Source: Candidatus Omnitrophota bacterium
GTDB lineage: Bacteria; Omnitrophota; Gorgyraeia; Duberdicusellales; 4484-171
Length of the DNA stretch: 64,000 bases
Direction: 5' to 3'
Assembly: GCA_024231025.1 (NCBI GenBank)
Contig: JAAEQW010000006.1
Location: 236 to 64,235, forward strand
Made by a program: the position numbers and the translations under genes. The notes under the pieces were generated by a model. It did not search any database and was not told the DNA's origin. It saw only the letters and a program-made list of their open reading frames with translations. Of the stretch, positions 50,015-59,844 are shown in pieces. Within the stretch, counting starts at the first letter, position 1. Each line of letters starts with the position of its first letter.

Positions 50015-50989
50015 TTAAACAATTTTCATAAACATCAAACACTTTATGATTAAGAAAGATAAAAACCCCGCCGCAAATGGCGTAAGAGTCCATGCCAATA
50101 TTATATCGCGTACTACTTGTTTTTGTATAGCTTTTACACCTCGCACCAAACCCACTCCAAAAATAGCCCCCACCACTGAATGAGAGGTTGAAACAGGTAT
50201 TCCCATCATGGTGTAAATATGAATATTTAGAGCTGAAGCCAAATTAACTACTACTGCAGCTAGTGGCACCAAATTTGTTATATTAAATCCCACAGTTTCA
50301 ATAACTCGCTTACCCCAGGTAGTTATACCAATGATGATTGCTATTGCTCCAATTATCATTGCAGTCGTAAGGTTTATTGTTCCAGAACCGACAATCACTC
50401 CAGTTACATTAGCAACATCATTTGCCCCCCATGTAAAAGCAAGATATATGCTACCTCCAAAAATAAGAACTGTTAATAACGGTTCAGATAACCGTCGCGG
50501 TACCAAAACATAAAATAAGCGCCGAATTGGATGATAAAGTAAAAATGCAAGCAAAGCCGCCCCAATCGGAGTTAATAGCCAGCAAATAAAAATATCAAAA
50601 AGCTTCCTCCAGACAATAACAGTTCCTAGGGCCAAGCCCGCTCCGGCAACTGCTCCAACAGTGGAATGAGAAGTCGAAACCGGAAGCTTAAAATAGGTAG
50701 CCGATAAAACCCAAAGCCCAGCACCAAAGCAAGCAGCCAAGGCAATTGCCATGGCAAAATTGGGATCGATCTTGTCTAAAGGAACAATTCCTTTACCAAC
50801 AGTTTTTATTACTCGGTGCCCTAACATGATTGCACCTAAAAAAGAAAACACACAGATTAAAACTGTGGCTTGCTTTAAAGTCATCTTTCTAGAGCCGATT
50901 CCCACGCCAACGCAATTGGCCGCGTCATTGGCTCCGATAGACCAACCGATAAATCCACCCGCGAGTAGTGTTAAAAGAATTAAAATCAT
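50015..50989 (-). CDS. Inorganic phosphate transporter, PiT family
   Basis: The duplicated GANDAANCVG and GANDVANVTG motifs are present. Confidence 0.8.
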   Translation of the reverse strand: MILILLTLLAGGFIGWSIGANDAANCVGVGIGSRKMTLKQATVLICVFSFLGAIMLGHRVIKTVGKGIVPLDKIDPNFAMAIALAACFGAGLWVLSATYFKLPVSTSHSTVGAVAGAGLALGTVIVWRKLFDIFICWLLTPIGAALLAFLLYHPIRRLFYVLVPRRLSEPLLTVLIFGGSIYLAFTWGANDVANVTGVIVGSGTINLTTAMIIGAIAIIIGITTWGKRVIETVGFNITNLVPLAAVVVNLASALNIHIYTMMGIPVSTSHSVVGAIFGVGLVRGVKAIQKQVVRDIILAWTLTPFAAGFLSFLIIKCLMFMKIV

Positions 50990-51125
50990 ATAGTAATAAA
51001 AGATAAATAATAAGGAAAGGAATTCTAACTTAAAATAGTAATTATGACAAGAACTTTATGAAGGGATTGTTATTGAAAACTAAATGGCTTCATTGCCCTA
51101 GCGCGATTCTATAACGGAATACTTT

Positions 51126-53726
51126 TTAGAAAGATTCTGAATAGTGTTGGGGGATACTTTCAATCTCTTCTGTGTGGTGGACAGTAAAGTTAATGCCTTT
51201 TAATTCGCTGGGGGGGAATAAAAGAAGAGGCTGATTCGCATAAATATTATAATCAAAGCTGCCTTTACGCTTAATTTTGGTTTCCAAATCAATGCCGCCA
51301 TGAGAACCATCTTTTAGGGCCGAACCCATATCTTTGCCCTGAACATCTTCCGCTCTTTTTGCAGGATCGGTTATTCCTGCTGGAAGATTATCTAACTGTG
51401 TGGCATTAAATGAATGTGAGCTAGAAGCAAAATACATACTCTCCATCATGTATTTTAACCGAGTTGGACCAGTCGGATCAGGTAAAAAGGTACCTCTTTC
51501 TCGATCGTAATTTAAATATAAACATCCCCAGCTACCATCATTATTATCAATAGCAATCTGCAAAAAAGTATCATTATATCCTTTCGGAAAAGATGGCGTT
51601 GGTTCATTTTTATCTGAACCAATACCGAGTCCCCACATACGTCCGAAATGCGTCGGAGATAAATTAGCGACTTCACCTTCTAAAAATAATGTGTGTGTTT
51701 TTTGTTGACCAGTTGCAGGGTCAACTGTATCATACATAACCTTAGTATACTTTTTACCGTCATACTCATAACCATAAGCAGCAAAATAACGCAAGGCAAT
51801 CGCCTCTAACGTCTTGTCACCCATCGAATAATCTATTTCGGCCTCAAACTCCAAATCAAGTCCATAAACAGTTTCGGTTGGACTTATCTTTTCTGCTCTG
51901 TGTTGCAGATACTGCTCATATGCACGAACTGTGCCCTCAGGAATTCTCTGCGCTTTGGCCTGAGTTTCAGTAATCAGACCCTCTTTTAACGATTCGTCTA
52001 CAGCCATGTTGTGAGAAAACATCCAATTATACCCTCGCTTTCGCCAATGCAATTCTACGGTATCGTGGAAAATTTCTTTATATAAATCATCTTCACTCAA
52101 TTCTTCCAAGTCAACCTCAAAGCAAATAATTATTACTCGTCCATCGTCGGTGATAATATTAATTGTCTGCAACCCATCTTCACGGATTACTGTTTCTTTT
52201 AATCTTTGAATTAACGGACTATTTCCAACTAGTGATAATGGGATCACCTCAACATCTGCTGAATCCAAAACCTTAACTTTTTGCCATTTGCCATCAGCCG
52301 TTTCCATAAAGACTTCGTTCTTATGCCCCCATGCATTATCCACTGATGCAAAGGCTCCCTTTAAAGCATTGATCCGGTTAAGGTTTCTTCTTATTCCTAA
52401 ATTGGGGTCGTGGGTATCGCTATTTTCATCAGTTGCTGCAAGCAATTTTAATATTAAATCGCGCTCATCTTGTTCATCGGAATCCGGAATTAATTCGCGT
52501 ACCGCATTCACAAAACCATGCCTTACAGATATGTCTCCTCTGATGTTTCCTCCTACATCCGGCGTACCATCTCCGGTAATTTTTAATGGGTCACCCTTAA
52601 CATTTTCCCCTATCGCTTTTGCCGCTCCTTGGGAACGTGTGCTCTTTTTTTCGATTCTTTCACTGCATGCAAGAGTAGCTCCGCCAGAATAATACTTTCT
52701 GCGAATAGGCTTATGAGATCCGACGTTTCTTTCTCGTTTGATAAAATTATAAACCCCCTTCTCATAGGCGAGATTATACTGTTCGTACACCTTTTCTTTA
52801 ATCTGAGAATCAGAACACTCTACGCCAGCAATCTTTTTCTGATCGGTATAAATTTGATTTAAAAGTGCGGTCTTTAAATGATTCTTATACCATAAAGCTA
52901 AAATAACCGAGTTTACTGCCTGCCTTATCGGAGTAAAAGATCGATTACGATTAACTTCTTGTTCTACTTCAGGTAAAATAATTTCTTTGGTTATTTGTGC
53001 AGAAATGCTCTGAGCATCTTCACTTTTTTTATCGACCCCTTTTCTAAGATAATCTTTGCTTCTCCTCATCGCCAAATAATCTGCCTCTAATAATACTTTC
53101 AACTTCGGTTTAGTAAGAAATGCTTTATTTCCATCTTCGTATACCACGATTTCCTCAGGCTTAATCCACACTTTGTTAAAAGTACTAATTGGAATGTTTG
53201 TAGTACCAAATTTTTTATAAACTTCTTGGTGTACGTTTTGCCAAAAAGTTTTACCCGGCTCTTCCTCTGGATAAGTTAAGGATGCCATTAGTTGTTTTAA
53301 AAGATAATCTTGAGTTAATAATTCTTTACCCAGGGTAGTTTTACCTAGTTCATCCGGAATAATCCGGTTACTCTCGTAAGGTGATAAGTTTACCCAAAGA
53401 TCCTCCTCAGGAATAGTTAAAGCAGCAAAAAAATACTCAATAAGCTCATCGGCTTTCTGTTTGACTTGATCCTTAGTTAGATCTCGATTATCACCGGTAT
53501 CAAGTATAAAACTAAACCGCCAAGGATTATTTTTGTCAATTTCAATGCCTACTAATATTGGCGGATTGCAAAGGCTAGTGGTTCTAACCATTCCCTCTGG
53601 TAGTGGCAGACTTTTTGAGGAATCACTAGAAGACACAGGGCTACTACACCCCAACAAAATCACCAAAAAACCACCGATCAAGGATTTAAAACAATTGCCT
53701 GAAAACACATTCTCTGTCATATACAA
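51126..53726 (-). CDS. P2: 866-aa predicted lipoprotein carrying the family N-domain and a unique C-terminal region
   Basis: It has the lipobox LVILLGC. The N-domain (LCNPPILVGIEIDKNNPWRFSFILDTG...RRKYYSGG) is about 45% identical to P1, P3 and P4 by eye. The C-terminus carries GGIDLETK. Confidence 0.7.
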   Translation of the reverse strand: MYMTENVFSGNCFKSLIGGFLVILLGCSSPVSSSDSSKSLPLPEGMVRTTSLCNPPILVGIEIDKNNPWRFSFILDTGDNRDLTKDQVKQKADELIEYFFAALTIPEEDLWVNLSPYESNRIIPDELGKTTLGKELLTQDYLLKQLMASLTYPEEEPGKTFWQNVHQEVYKKFGTTNIPISTFNKVWIKPEEIVVYEDGNKAFLTKPKLKVLLEADYLAMRRSKDYLRKGVDKKSEDAQSISAQITKEIILPEVEQEVNRNRSFTPIRQAVNSVILALWYKNHLKTALLNQIYTDQKKIAGVECSDSQIKEKVYEQYNLAYEKGVYNFIKRERNVGSHKPIRRKYYSGGATLACSERIEKKSTRSQGAAKAIGENVKGDPLKITGDGTPDVGGNIRGDISVRHGFVNAVRELIPDSDEQDERDLILKLLAATDENSDTHDPNLGIRRNLNRINALKGAFASVDNAWGHKNEVFMETADGKWQKVKVLDSADVEVIPLSLVGNSPLIQRLKETVIREDGLQTINIITDDGRVIIICFEVDLEELSEDDLYKEIFHDTVELHWRKRGYNWMFSHNMAVDESLKEGLITETQAKAQRIPEGTVRAYEQYLQHRAEKISPTETVYGLDLEFEAEIDYSMGDKTLEAIALRYFAAYGYEYDGKKYTKVMYDTVDPATGQQKTHTLFLEGEVANLSPTHFGRMWGLGIGSDKNEPTPSFPKGYNDTFLQIAIDNNDGSWGCLYLNYDRERGTFLPDPTGPTRLKYMMESMYFASSSHSFNATQLDNLPAGITDPAKRAEDVQGKDMGSALKDGSHGGIDLETKIKRKGSFDYNIYANQPLLLFPPSELKGINFTVHHTEEIESIPQHYSESF

Positions 53727-53778
53727 TTAATACCATTTTAATGGAACAAAAGCTATAAAATGGAGTGGTTTTTTAGGG

Positions 53779-53802
53779 TTTTTTGTAAGCGGTTACAAAA
53801 AA
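53779..53802. promoter_or_regulatory. Palindrome TTTTTTGTAA-gcgg-TTACAAAAAA, 64 nt upstream of P2
   Basis: It has perfect 10-bp arms. In gene orientation TTGTAA-N17-TAAAAA resembles a -35/-10 pair. It sits within a ~75-nt block conserved with the P4 leader. Confidence 0.55.
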
Positions 53803-53874
53803 TAAAAAATTGGCAGCATCGTCAGAGACGCTTTGAAATTAATCGGAGAATTTGTAAGGGGTTAAAGAATTTAT

Positions 53875-56800
53875 TTACTTCCAGGAATTTACGGCAAGGT
53901 CATCGATAAATTCATAAGGGGATATATCACCCATGAAGGTAATTTCAAAAGTAAGCGTATCAAAATCCCCATCAATTATACGTAGGGGCGGGCCTTGTGT
54001 CCGCCCGTAATCTTCATCAAGACCTTCACCAACGGTTTCTAAATTAAAAGAATCTTGGGTTACATCAATACCGCCAACGCTATTAGCAGAAGGAGTATCC
54101 ACCTCTTTAACCTTATCGCCCTTATCTTGAAAATCAACAATCATATCTGCTGTAACTACATATAAGGCTTTAACTAGCTCTTGTAATGGCAGAGGACCAT
54201 TTACCGGACCTAAATCAGGATTAACATCATCAAAGTAATATCCTCTTTTTCCGTCTTTTTCCATAGTCTTAAAGCCTCTTGATCCTTCGTAACTTTCAGA
54301 ATAATCTGGGTTAACTTCATATAGTTCACTACGAATAGAATTCTTTATTAAATCATCTGCATATTCATCACCCTCTGCCATAAAATAAGCCATCTGTTTA
54401 GCTAGACGCTCCCAATTGATTAAATCAATTGTTCTGCCTGAAGCTTGCCTGCCACTAAAGCTAGTGTAGGCTTGCTCAAACATCTCTTTCATTATGCTTT
54501 GTAACTGATTGATACTTTCTATACTATCTATATCAAGCTGGTTGGTCTCTCTAAGATAACTACCAATCATAAGAGTTGAGGCAAAAAGATAATCTCCCAG
54601 ATAGCTTGCAAGGTAAAAGTTAGAAGCACTAGGACCAAATCTTTGTAGCGAATGTAGAATATCAGGTACATCTTTATTGCTAGGATTGGCTATATCCTCA
54701 AGATTAAAAACATTTGCAAAATCAGCTACTCCAGAAATTCTAGAATTAGGGTACTTAACTGAACTAGGCCAAGCATGAAGTCTTCCTGTGCCAGAACGAC
54801 TCATTACTTGTTGAATAATTGCAATCATCCATTGAAATCTTCTATTTTGGCCAAGGTTATGGAAGAGTTCAATTAAATCAGTATGGAGCAATCCGTGTCT
54901 ACCTAAGACAAAGAGATCATGGATTGAAGTCAAAAGAGCACCCTTGAACTGCTCAATATCTAATTCGCTATCGTTAAGATAAGTTAAGTAATCTTCATTA
55001 TCCAGTTCATAGGCCATAAGGGTGTAATGCTTATACCTATGGTCTGGGGTTAGAGCTTCTCCTTCCTTGCTGGCTTGACCATTAAGCGCCGCTAAGGCAC
55101 CCTCCGACAAAGAAGCAACTCTGTTTACTCTTTGACCATTTACTAATAAAGCTTTTGGGTATTGGCCTTTAAGCCCTAAATTGCCTTTATGCTGATAGAT
55201 ATATTCGATAAGCTGATGTTCATAAAACAAATCGTTAGGGTTTTCTTTATCCTTAAGGACTTTGACGCATAAAATCTTACCTTCCCTAGTTTTGTAAACC
55301 AAAGTTCTACCTTGAGCACGTAACAAAACAGCACCTTCTAGAAAACCGTCAAGACTATCTAATTTAGAAAACTCTTTTAACTGCCTAGCTTGTTTTTGAG
55401 GCAATTCAGAAGGTAAAACCTCTAGTTTAGGCGGCTGATTATCGCTTAATGCTGCTTCGCTATAAGTATTGTAGTTAGCCGGAGAATCTCCACCATCGCT
55501 AAAATCAATTGCATACAATCTAAAGGCCTGACGCATTAATTCAATGCTAATATCTCTCTCCTTTTTTCGCAAGTATTGAGCAAATTTAAAGAAATAACGG
55601 CTATCGTTCATAGCGCTATCAGCATCAGACATCCTTACACGCGATAACAAAACTAACTGCATCTCATCTTCCAAGGCTTCTAAAGCTTGATCAGGTGACA
55701 CACCATCTGTTATCATTTTGGCTAACTGAGAGTAAAATCTATCCTGATCTCCAGCTTCTCGAGCAAATCGATATATCCACTCAAATTCAGGAGTAAAGTA
55801 TTCGCTAGCTCTTTTTAAGGCTTGCGGGTCATCCTTTAATTCCTTTAAGAGCCTTATAAACGAATTAACAAAAATATTATCTAACTTTTTGCCACATATA
55901 GCTAAATAAGCATCTTTTAATTCCTTATAGCTAAATCCTTTTATATCTTCTTCACTAATTAAACCTGATTCTTTTAACGCATTTACTGCACGAGCAGCTG
56001 AATTTTGCTTTTGCCGATTTGAATTAGCTAAATCACCTATAAAAGTATTTATTGGGAGTCTACTCCTCACCTCATCCCTACTAATCAAACCAGTTTCGAT
56101 CAATGCCTTCATTAACCCGGCAGACATCTCTGGAACATGTTGATCTAGGCTAGTTAGATTAGTAATCAAATTACTTAATAACGGTTCATTCTTTATATCA
56201 TCCTCAGCAATCAATCCTGCTTCTGCCAATGTTTTTATTTTTGCAATGGCCGCATCTCTAACTTGCCAGCTTGAATCGATTATGTCACTAACCAAAGTAT
56301 CCATTGGAAACCTACTCTTTACTTCATTACTTTTAATAGATCCGATCTCTGCAACTGTTTCAGTAATTACTTGTTGCTCGTACCAATACGAATCAGTTAC
56401 CTTGCTAGCCAAAAGATCTATTGGAAGATCTGCTGGAAGTTCATCTTTCACTTCATCTCTACTAATCGAACCAGCCCTAATTAACGCTTCTATTACCCGA
56501 ACAGCTGCATCTTCAACGTCCGTGTATTGACTTTTTGAGGCAATGATTAGCTTGCTCAACAATGAATTATTTTTCATATCATCCTCGGTGATTAATCCAG
56601 CTTCTATCAAGGCTTCTAATGCCAAAAGGACTTGTTTTTTTGTTGATGGTATTAATCCATTAAGCTTATTTATTAAGATATCCAGCATTGGTATATCCTC
56701 AATATCATCTTTGCTAATAAGACCTGCACGTGCTAGCGCACTTATTGTCGAAACCCCACCAATTATCTCTAGCTGATTAAAACTACTCAAACGAATCACT

Positions 56801-58194
56801 AAATTATCTAAGGTCTCTAACCAAGCTACGGACCTTTCAATCTTAACCGCTTCTTCTTCAGACAAAGACTCACTACCCACAACACCATAATCAGTAATTT
56901 TACGACCTGATACCTGCTCTATGTGCTGAGTTGTTTGTTCTTTTTTGCGAGATTTTTCTCCGGGTAGATTCTTAGCACCTTTATGAATATCAGAACCTAG
57001 CCCCACCAAATCACCTATATCTCTAGCAATAGAAACTCCTTTGGGCAATTCAGTAACTACTTGCTGAAAATCTTCAACTTTCTTGTCAAAAAGAACACCA
57101 CCAGAATAATACCTTCTATTTAGTTTTTTATTAGTTGCAGGATCGTAATCTCTTCTTACGTAGTTATAAACACCCTTCTTATAGGCTTCGACATAGAGAT
57201 TGTAGATTTTCTCCTTTGCGCCCTTGTCCTCTAAGCCAATGCCCGAAATTTTGCCTTGGTCAATGTAATCTTTGTAAAAACTATCCTTAAATTTCTTTCT
57301 AAACCAGACTGCCAATACAAGTGCGTGGTATATTTGACGCAAAGTAGCAAAGTTTTCGCCATGGTTTACTTCCTGATTTATTTTAGGAAGAATTGTTTCA
57401 TTGAATATTTGGGATGTTATTTGGTCTATTTGATCTGGGGACTGTCCCATTTTTTTCGCAGAAAAAATAGGGACTGTCCCCTCTCTTAGGGAATTTTGCT
57501 GCACTGCAACATAGTCACGCTGATGCATAACCTTTAGGCTCGCTTCCAAAATAAATGCCGTGTTTGCCTTTTCATAGACAACACTTTTCTCCGGCATAAT
57601 CCAAACCTTATTATAAGTATTGATTGGCATATCCGATGTGCCAAATTGATCAGCTAATTGTTGATAAACCTGTTGCCAATATTCTTTGCCAGTTTCACTT
57701 TCGGGATAGGTTAAAGAAGAGACGAGTTGCTTCAAACAATAATCTTGCCCTAACATGTCTTTACCAAGATCAGTCAAAGCAAGATTGCCTGAAGCAACTC
57801 GGTCTTCTTCGTGTGGAGATAAGTTAACCCATAACTCCCCTTGCGGGAGGGTTAATCCAGCTAAAAAATATCTAATAAGCCGCGAGGCTTCTTCGCGGCT
57901 TACATTGTCCTTACTAGAGGTATCAACAATAAATTCGATATTTAAAGGATTCTTGGGACTAAATCGTAGCCCCTTAAGCAATGGATATGAGTAATCTTTC
58001 GATAATGGAAGCAACTTAGTCGGCAGCGGTAAACCATAAACCGCAGCTTGCGCAGTCCTGAGCTTGCCGAAGGAGAGTTGGCGATTACGCAATATTGTAG
58101 GCAGTATAATACCTACAAAAATAGCTATAGCTAAAAATATAGCAATAAATTTAAACGGAATTGTACCTTTTCGTAATATCTTTACATGAGCCAT
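53875..58194 (-). CDS. P3: 1439-aa signal-anchored protein with the family N-domain, about six ~35-aa helical (HEAT/ARM-like) repeats and the shared C-terminal tail
   Basis: An N-terminal TM helix is followed by the N-domain (...KKLNRRYYSGG). Repeats of the form GLI(S/T)xDD/EV(K/R)...L occur at aa ~480-760. The C-terminus carries VGGIDVTQDSFNLETVGEG. Confidence 0.7.
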   Translation of the reverse strand: MAHVKILRKGTIPFKFIAIFLAIAIFVGIILPTILRNRQLSFGKLRTAQAAVYGLPLPTKLLPLSKDYSYPLLKGLRFSPKNPLNIEFIVDTSSKDNVSREEASRLIRYFLAGLTLPQGELWVNLSPHEEDRVASGNLALTDLGKDMLGQDYCLKQLVSSLTYPESETGKEYWQQVYQQLADQFGTSDMPINTYNKVWIMPEKSVVYEKANTAFILEASLKVMHQRDYVAVQQNSLREGTVPIFSAKKMGQSPDQIDQITSQIFNETILPKINQEVNHGENFATLRQIYHALVLAVWFRKKFKDSFYKDYIDQGKISGIGLEDKGAKEKIYNLYVEAYKKGVYNYVRRDYDPATNKKLNRRYYSGGVLFDKKVEDFQQVVTELPKGVSIARDIGDLVGLGSDIHKGAKNLPGEKSRKKEQTTQHIEQVSGRKITDYGVVGSESLSEEEAVKIERSVAWLETLDNLVIRLSSFNQLEIIGGVSTISALARAGLISKDDIEDIPMLDILINKLNGLIPSTKKQVLLALEALIEAGLITEDDMKNNSLLSKLIIASKSQYTDVEDAAVRVIEALIRAGSISRDEVKDELPADLPIDLLASKVTDSYWYEQQVITETVAEIGSIKSNEVKSRFPMDTLVSDIIDSSWQVRDAAIAKIKTLAEAGLIAEDDIKNEPLLSNLITNLTSLDQHVPEMSAGLMKALIETGLISRDEVRSRLPINTFIGDLANSNRQKQNSAARAVNALKESGLISEEDIKGFSYKELKDAYLAICGKKLDNIFVNSFIRLLKELKDDPQALKRASEYFTPEFEWIYRFAREAGDQDRFYSQLAKMITDGVSPDQALEALEDEMQLVLLSRVRMSDADSAMNDSRYFFKFAQYLRKKERDISIELMRQAFRLYAIDFSDGGDSPANYNTYSEAALSDNQPPKLEVLPSELPQKQARQLKEFSKLDSLDGFLEGAVLLRAQGRTLVYKTREGKILCVKVLKDKENPNDLFYEHQLIEYIYQHKGNLGLKGQYPKALLVNGQRVNRVASLSEGALAALNGQASKEGEALTPDHRYKHYTLMAYELDNEDYLTYLNDSELDIEQFKGALLTSIHDLFVLGRHGLLHTDLIELFHNLGQNRRFQWMIAIIQQVMSRSGTGRLHAWPSSVKYPNSRISGVADFANVFNLEDIANPSNKDVPDILHSLQRFGPSASNFYLASYLGDYLFASTLMIGSYLRETNQLDIDSIESINQLQSIMKEMFEQAYTSFSGRQASGRTIDLINWERLAKQMAYFMAEGDEYADDLIKNSIRSELYEVNPDYSESYEGSRGFKTMEKDGKRGYYFDDVNPDLGPVNGPLPLQELVKALYVVTADMIVDFQDKGDKVKEVDTPSANSVGGIDVTQDSFNLETVGEGLDEDYGRTQGPPLRIIDGDFDTLTFEITFMGDISPYEFIDDLAVNSWK

Positions 58195-58280
58195 GACTTA
58201 TCTCCACATAAGTATGCCTACCATATATAAGTAACATTTCTGCATGTTATAAATCAAGAGAAAATGCTGATTTTATTGGG

Positions 58281-58302
58281 TTTTTTGTAAGCGGTTACAA
58301 AA
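58281..58302. promoter_or_regulatory. Palindrome TTTTTTGTAA-gcgg-TTACAAAAG, 98 nt upstream of P3
   Basis: It has the same core and the same orientation relative to the gene as the P2 and P4 sites. Confidence 0.55.
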
Positions 58303-58345
58303 GATGGTTTTCTAATCGGGGGACAGCTACCCTATTTAAACGAGA

Positions 58346-58403
58346 GTTACTCATCGCCTCCCCTGCCGCAGACATAAAAAATCCGCCCTAAAAAAGGACG
58401 GAT
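58346..58403 (-). terminator. Family repeat block containing a rho-independent terminator (ATCCGCCC-taaaaaa-GGACGGAT plus T-run on the minus strand)
   Basis: It is one of three near-identical copies of GTTACTCATC(A/G)CCTCCCCT(A/G)CCGCAGACATAAAAAATCCG(T/C)CCTAAAAAAGGACGGAT. It lies downstream of the 131-aa gene and upstream of P3. Confidence 0.6.
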
Positions 58404-58465
58404 ATCTTTAAGCGTTATTTCAAACAATTAAAGTAAATCAGATTTAATTTGAAGAAGATTTTTTT

Positions 58466-58861
58466 CTAATTCTGACTTTGCAACTTCGCAATTACTGATT
58501 CGGTTGTTTTGTATTCTTTGTATAGCAAAAAAGAAACCAAAGCCAAAATCAACGCCGGAGTAATACCTTTGGACATTGCAACGCCATTTAGCGCTCTTCT
58601 ATATTTTTCACTTTGAGATAACGTGAGTAGAAGGATTTTCTGCATGTCACTATCTTCTGACCTTTCTGGCACATAACCCTTTGCAAATTGAGCATGCTGA
58701 TGGGTTAAATTAGATATTGTTGCATCCATACCCCGTAACATATTGTACGTAAGAAATGGCCAACCAAACATTATCGCTAAGTTAATTACCCCAAGAAAAA
58801 GAAAAATCTTCTGTTTCTTTTTAAGCGAAGATATAAAATTGGTATCTTTTTGATTTAACAT
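58466..58861 (-). CDS. Small membrane protein (two TM segments), hypothetical
   Basis: Two hydrophobic helices are present. It lies inside the paralog cluster. Confidence 0.4.
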   Translation of the reverse strand: MLNQKDTNFISSLKKKQKIFLFLGVINLAIMFGWPFLTYNMLRGMDATISNLTHQHAQFAKGYVPERSEDSDMQKILLLTLSQSEKYRRALNGVAMSKGITPALILALVSFLLYKEYKTTESVIAKLQSQN

Positions 58862-58872
58862 ATCATTACCTC

Positions 58873-59649
58873 CTATTTAATTTCTATGCTCGCAAGCATC
58901 ATCTCTAAATCGTCTTTATAACCTGCGTATTCGACGGATTTACAGGTAAATTCTAGCCAGTAACTATCATCACCATCCAAAACTATAGCCACAAATGTTG
59001 TTAATAAAGCTCCACCCTCATTACATTCATACACCGCACGAACCACCTCGCGACCGTTAATAACCGTCTCTAAAAGCGCTTCTGTTTCCGTAGCCCCGAT
59101 CATTCTTAAGGTCATGTTTATGGTCATTTTCGCCATATCCACCGAACCGCCACTCTTTTTTGAAAAAGTTACCTCTGGATTATTTATGTCACTAGCTATA
59201 CCAGGCTGATGGGAATATGCCGTAAGTATGGGGGCAGCGGTTAAAGCTAGCTCTACCATCTCCGCAGGAACTCTTGATAAAAAATACTCATCTTTTCTAA
59301 GCTGCGCTTGTTTTTCTTCTTTAGATACAGTAAACCAACCCTGGGGGATGTTTATTCTTGCTTCGGCAGCATCAAAAACAATTACATCAGGCTGCTCTGC
59401 ATTTTCTAACACTAAATCATTGCCTGATTGCATGACATCAAAAGAGCTTTCGCGATCAAATGAACTAGCATCTTCCTTGTAATATGTTAGCGGAACTCCA
59501 TCAATTTCAACTTTTATATATTCATTGGTTTCTTCGGTAACCGTGCCCTCTACGGTCTGCCCATTTGGCAATTTTATAATCTCGCCATAACAAAAACTGA
59601 CAATGTTGCAAAAAGCAAAAAGCACAACACAAATATTTAACATATGCAT
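58873..59649 (-). CDS. Secreted hypothetical protein with the shared N-terminal module
   Basis: A signal peptide is followed by EIIKLPNGQTVEGTVTEETNEYIKVEIDGVPLTYYKEDA. Confidence 0.45.
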   Translation of the reverse strand: MHMLNICVVLFAFCNIVSFCYGEIIKLPNGQTVEGTVTEETNEYIKVEIDGVPLTYYKEDASSFDRESSFDVMQSGNDLVLENAEQPDVIVFDAAEARINIPQGWFTVSKEEKQAQLRKDEYFLSRVPAEMVELALTAAPILTAYSHQPGIASDINNPEVTFSKKSGGSVDMAKMTINMTLRMIGATETEALLETVINGREVVRAVYECNEGGALLTTFVAIVLDGDDSYWLEFTCKSVEYAGYKDDLEMMLASIEIK

Positions 59650-59844
59650 ATTATCCTCCTCATTAAAATATTCCTACCCATTTTTATCTTCTATGGGTAA
59701 TTAGATAGAATACGCTGCTCAAAAGAATTAATACTTTATTACGCATGTTATTCACAACCAACACTAGCATTATATCCTTTATGCCTCTATTTCGGAAAAA
59801 AATATGCTGGGTCTGTAAATTGGGAGATTGTGGTGGATTAAAGA

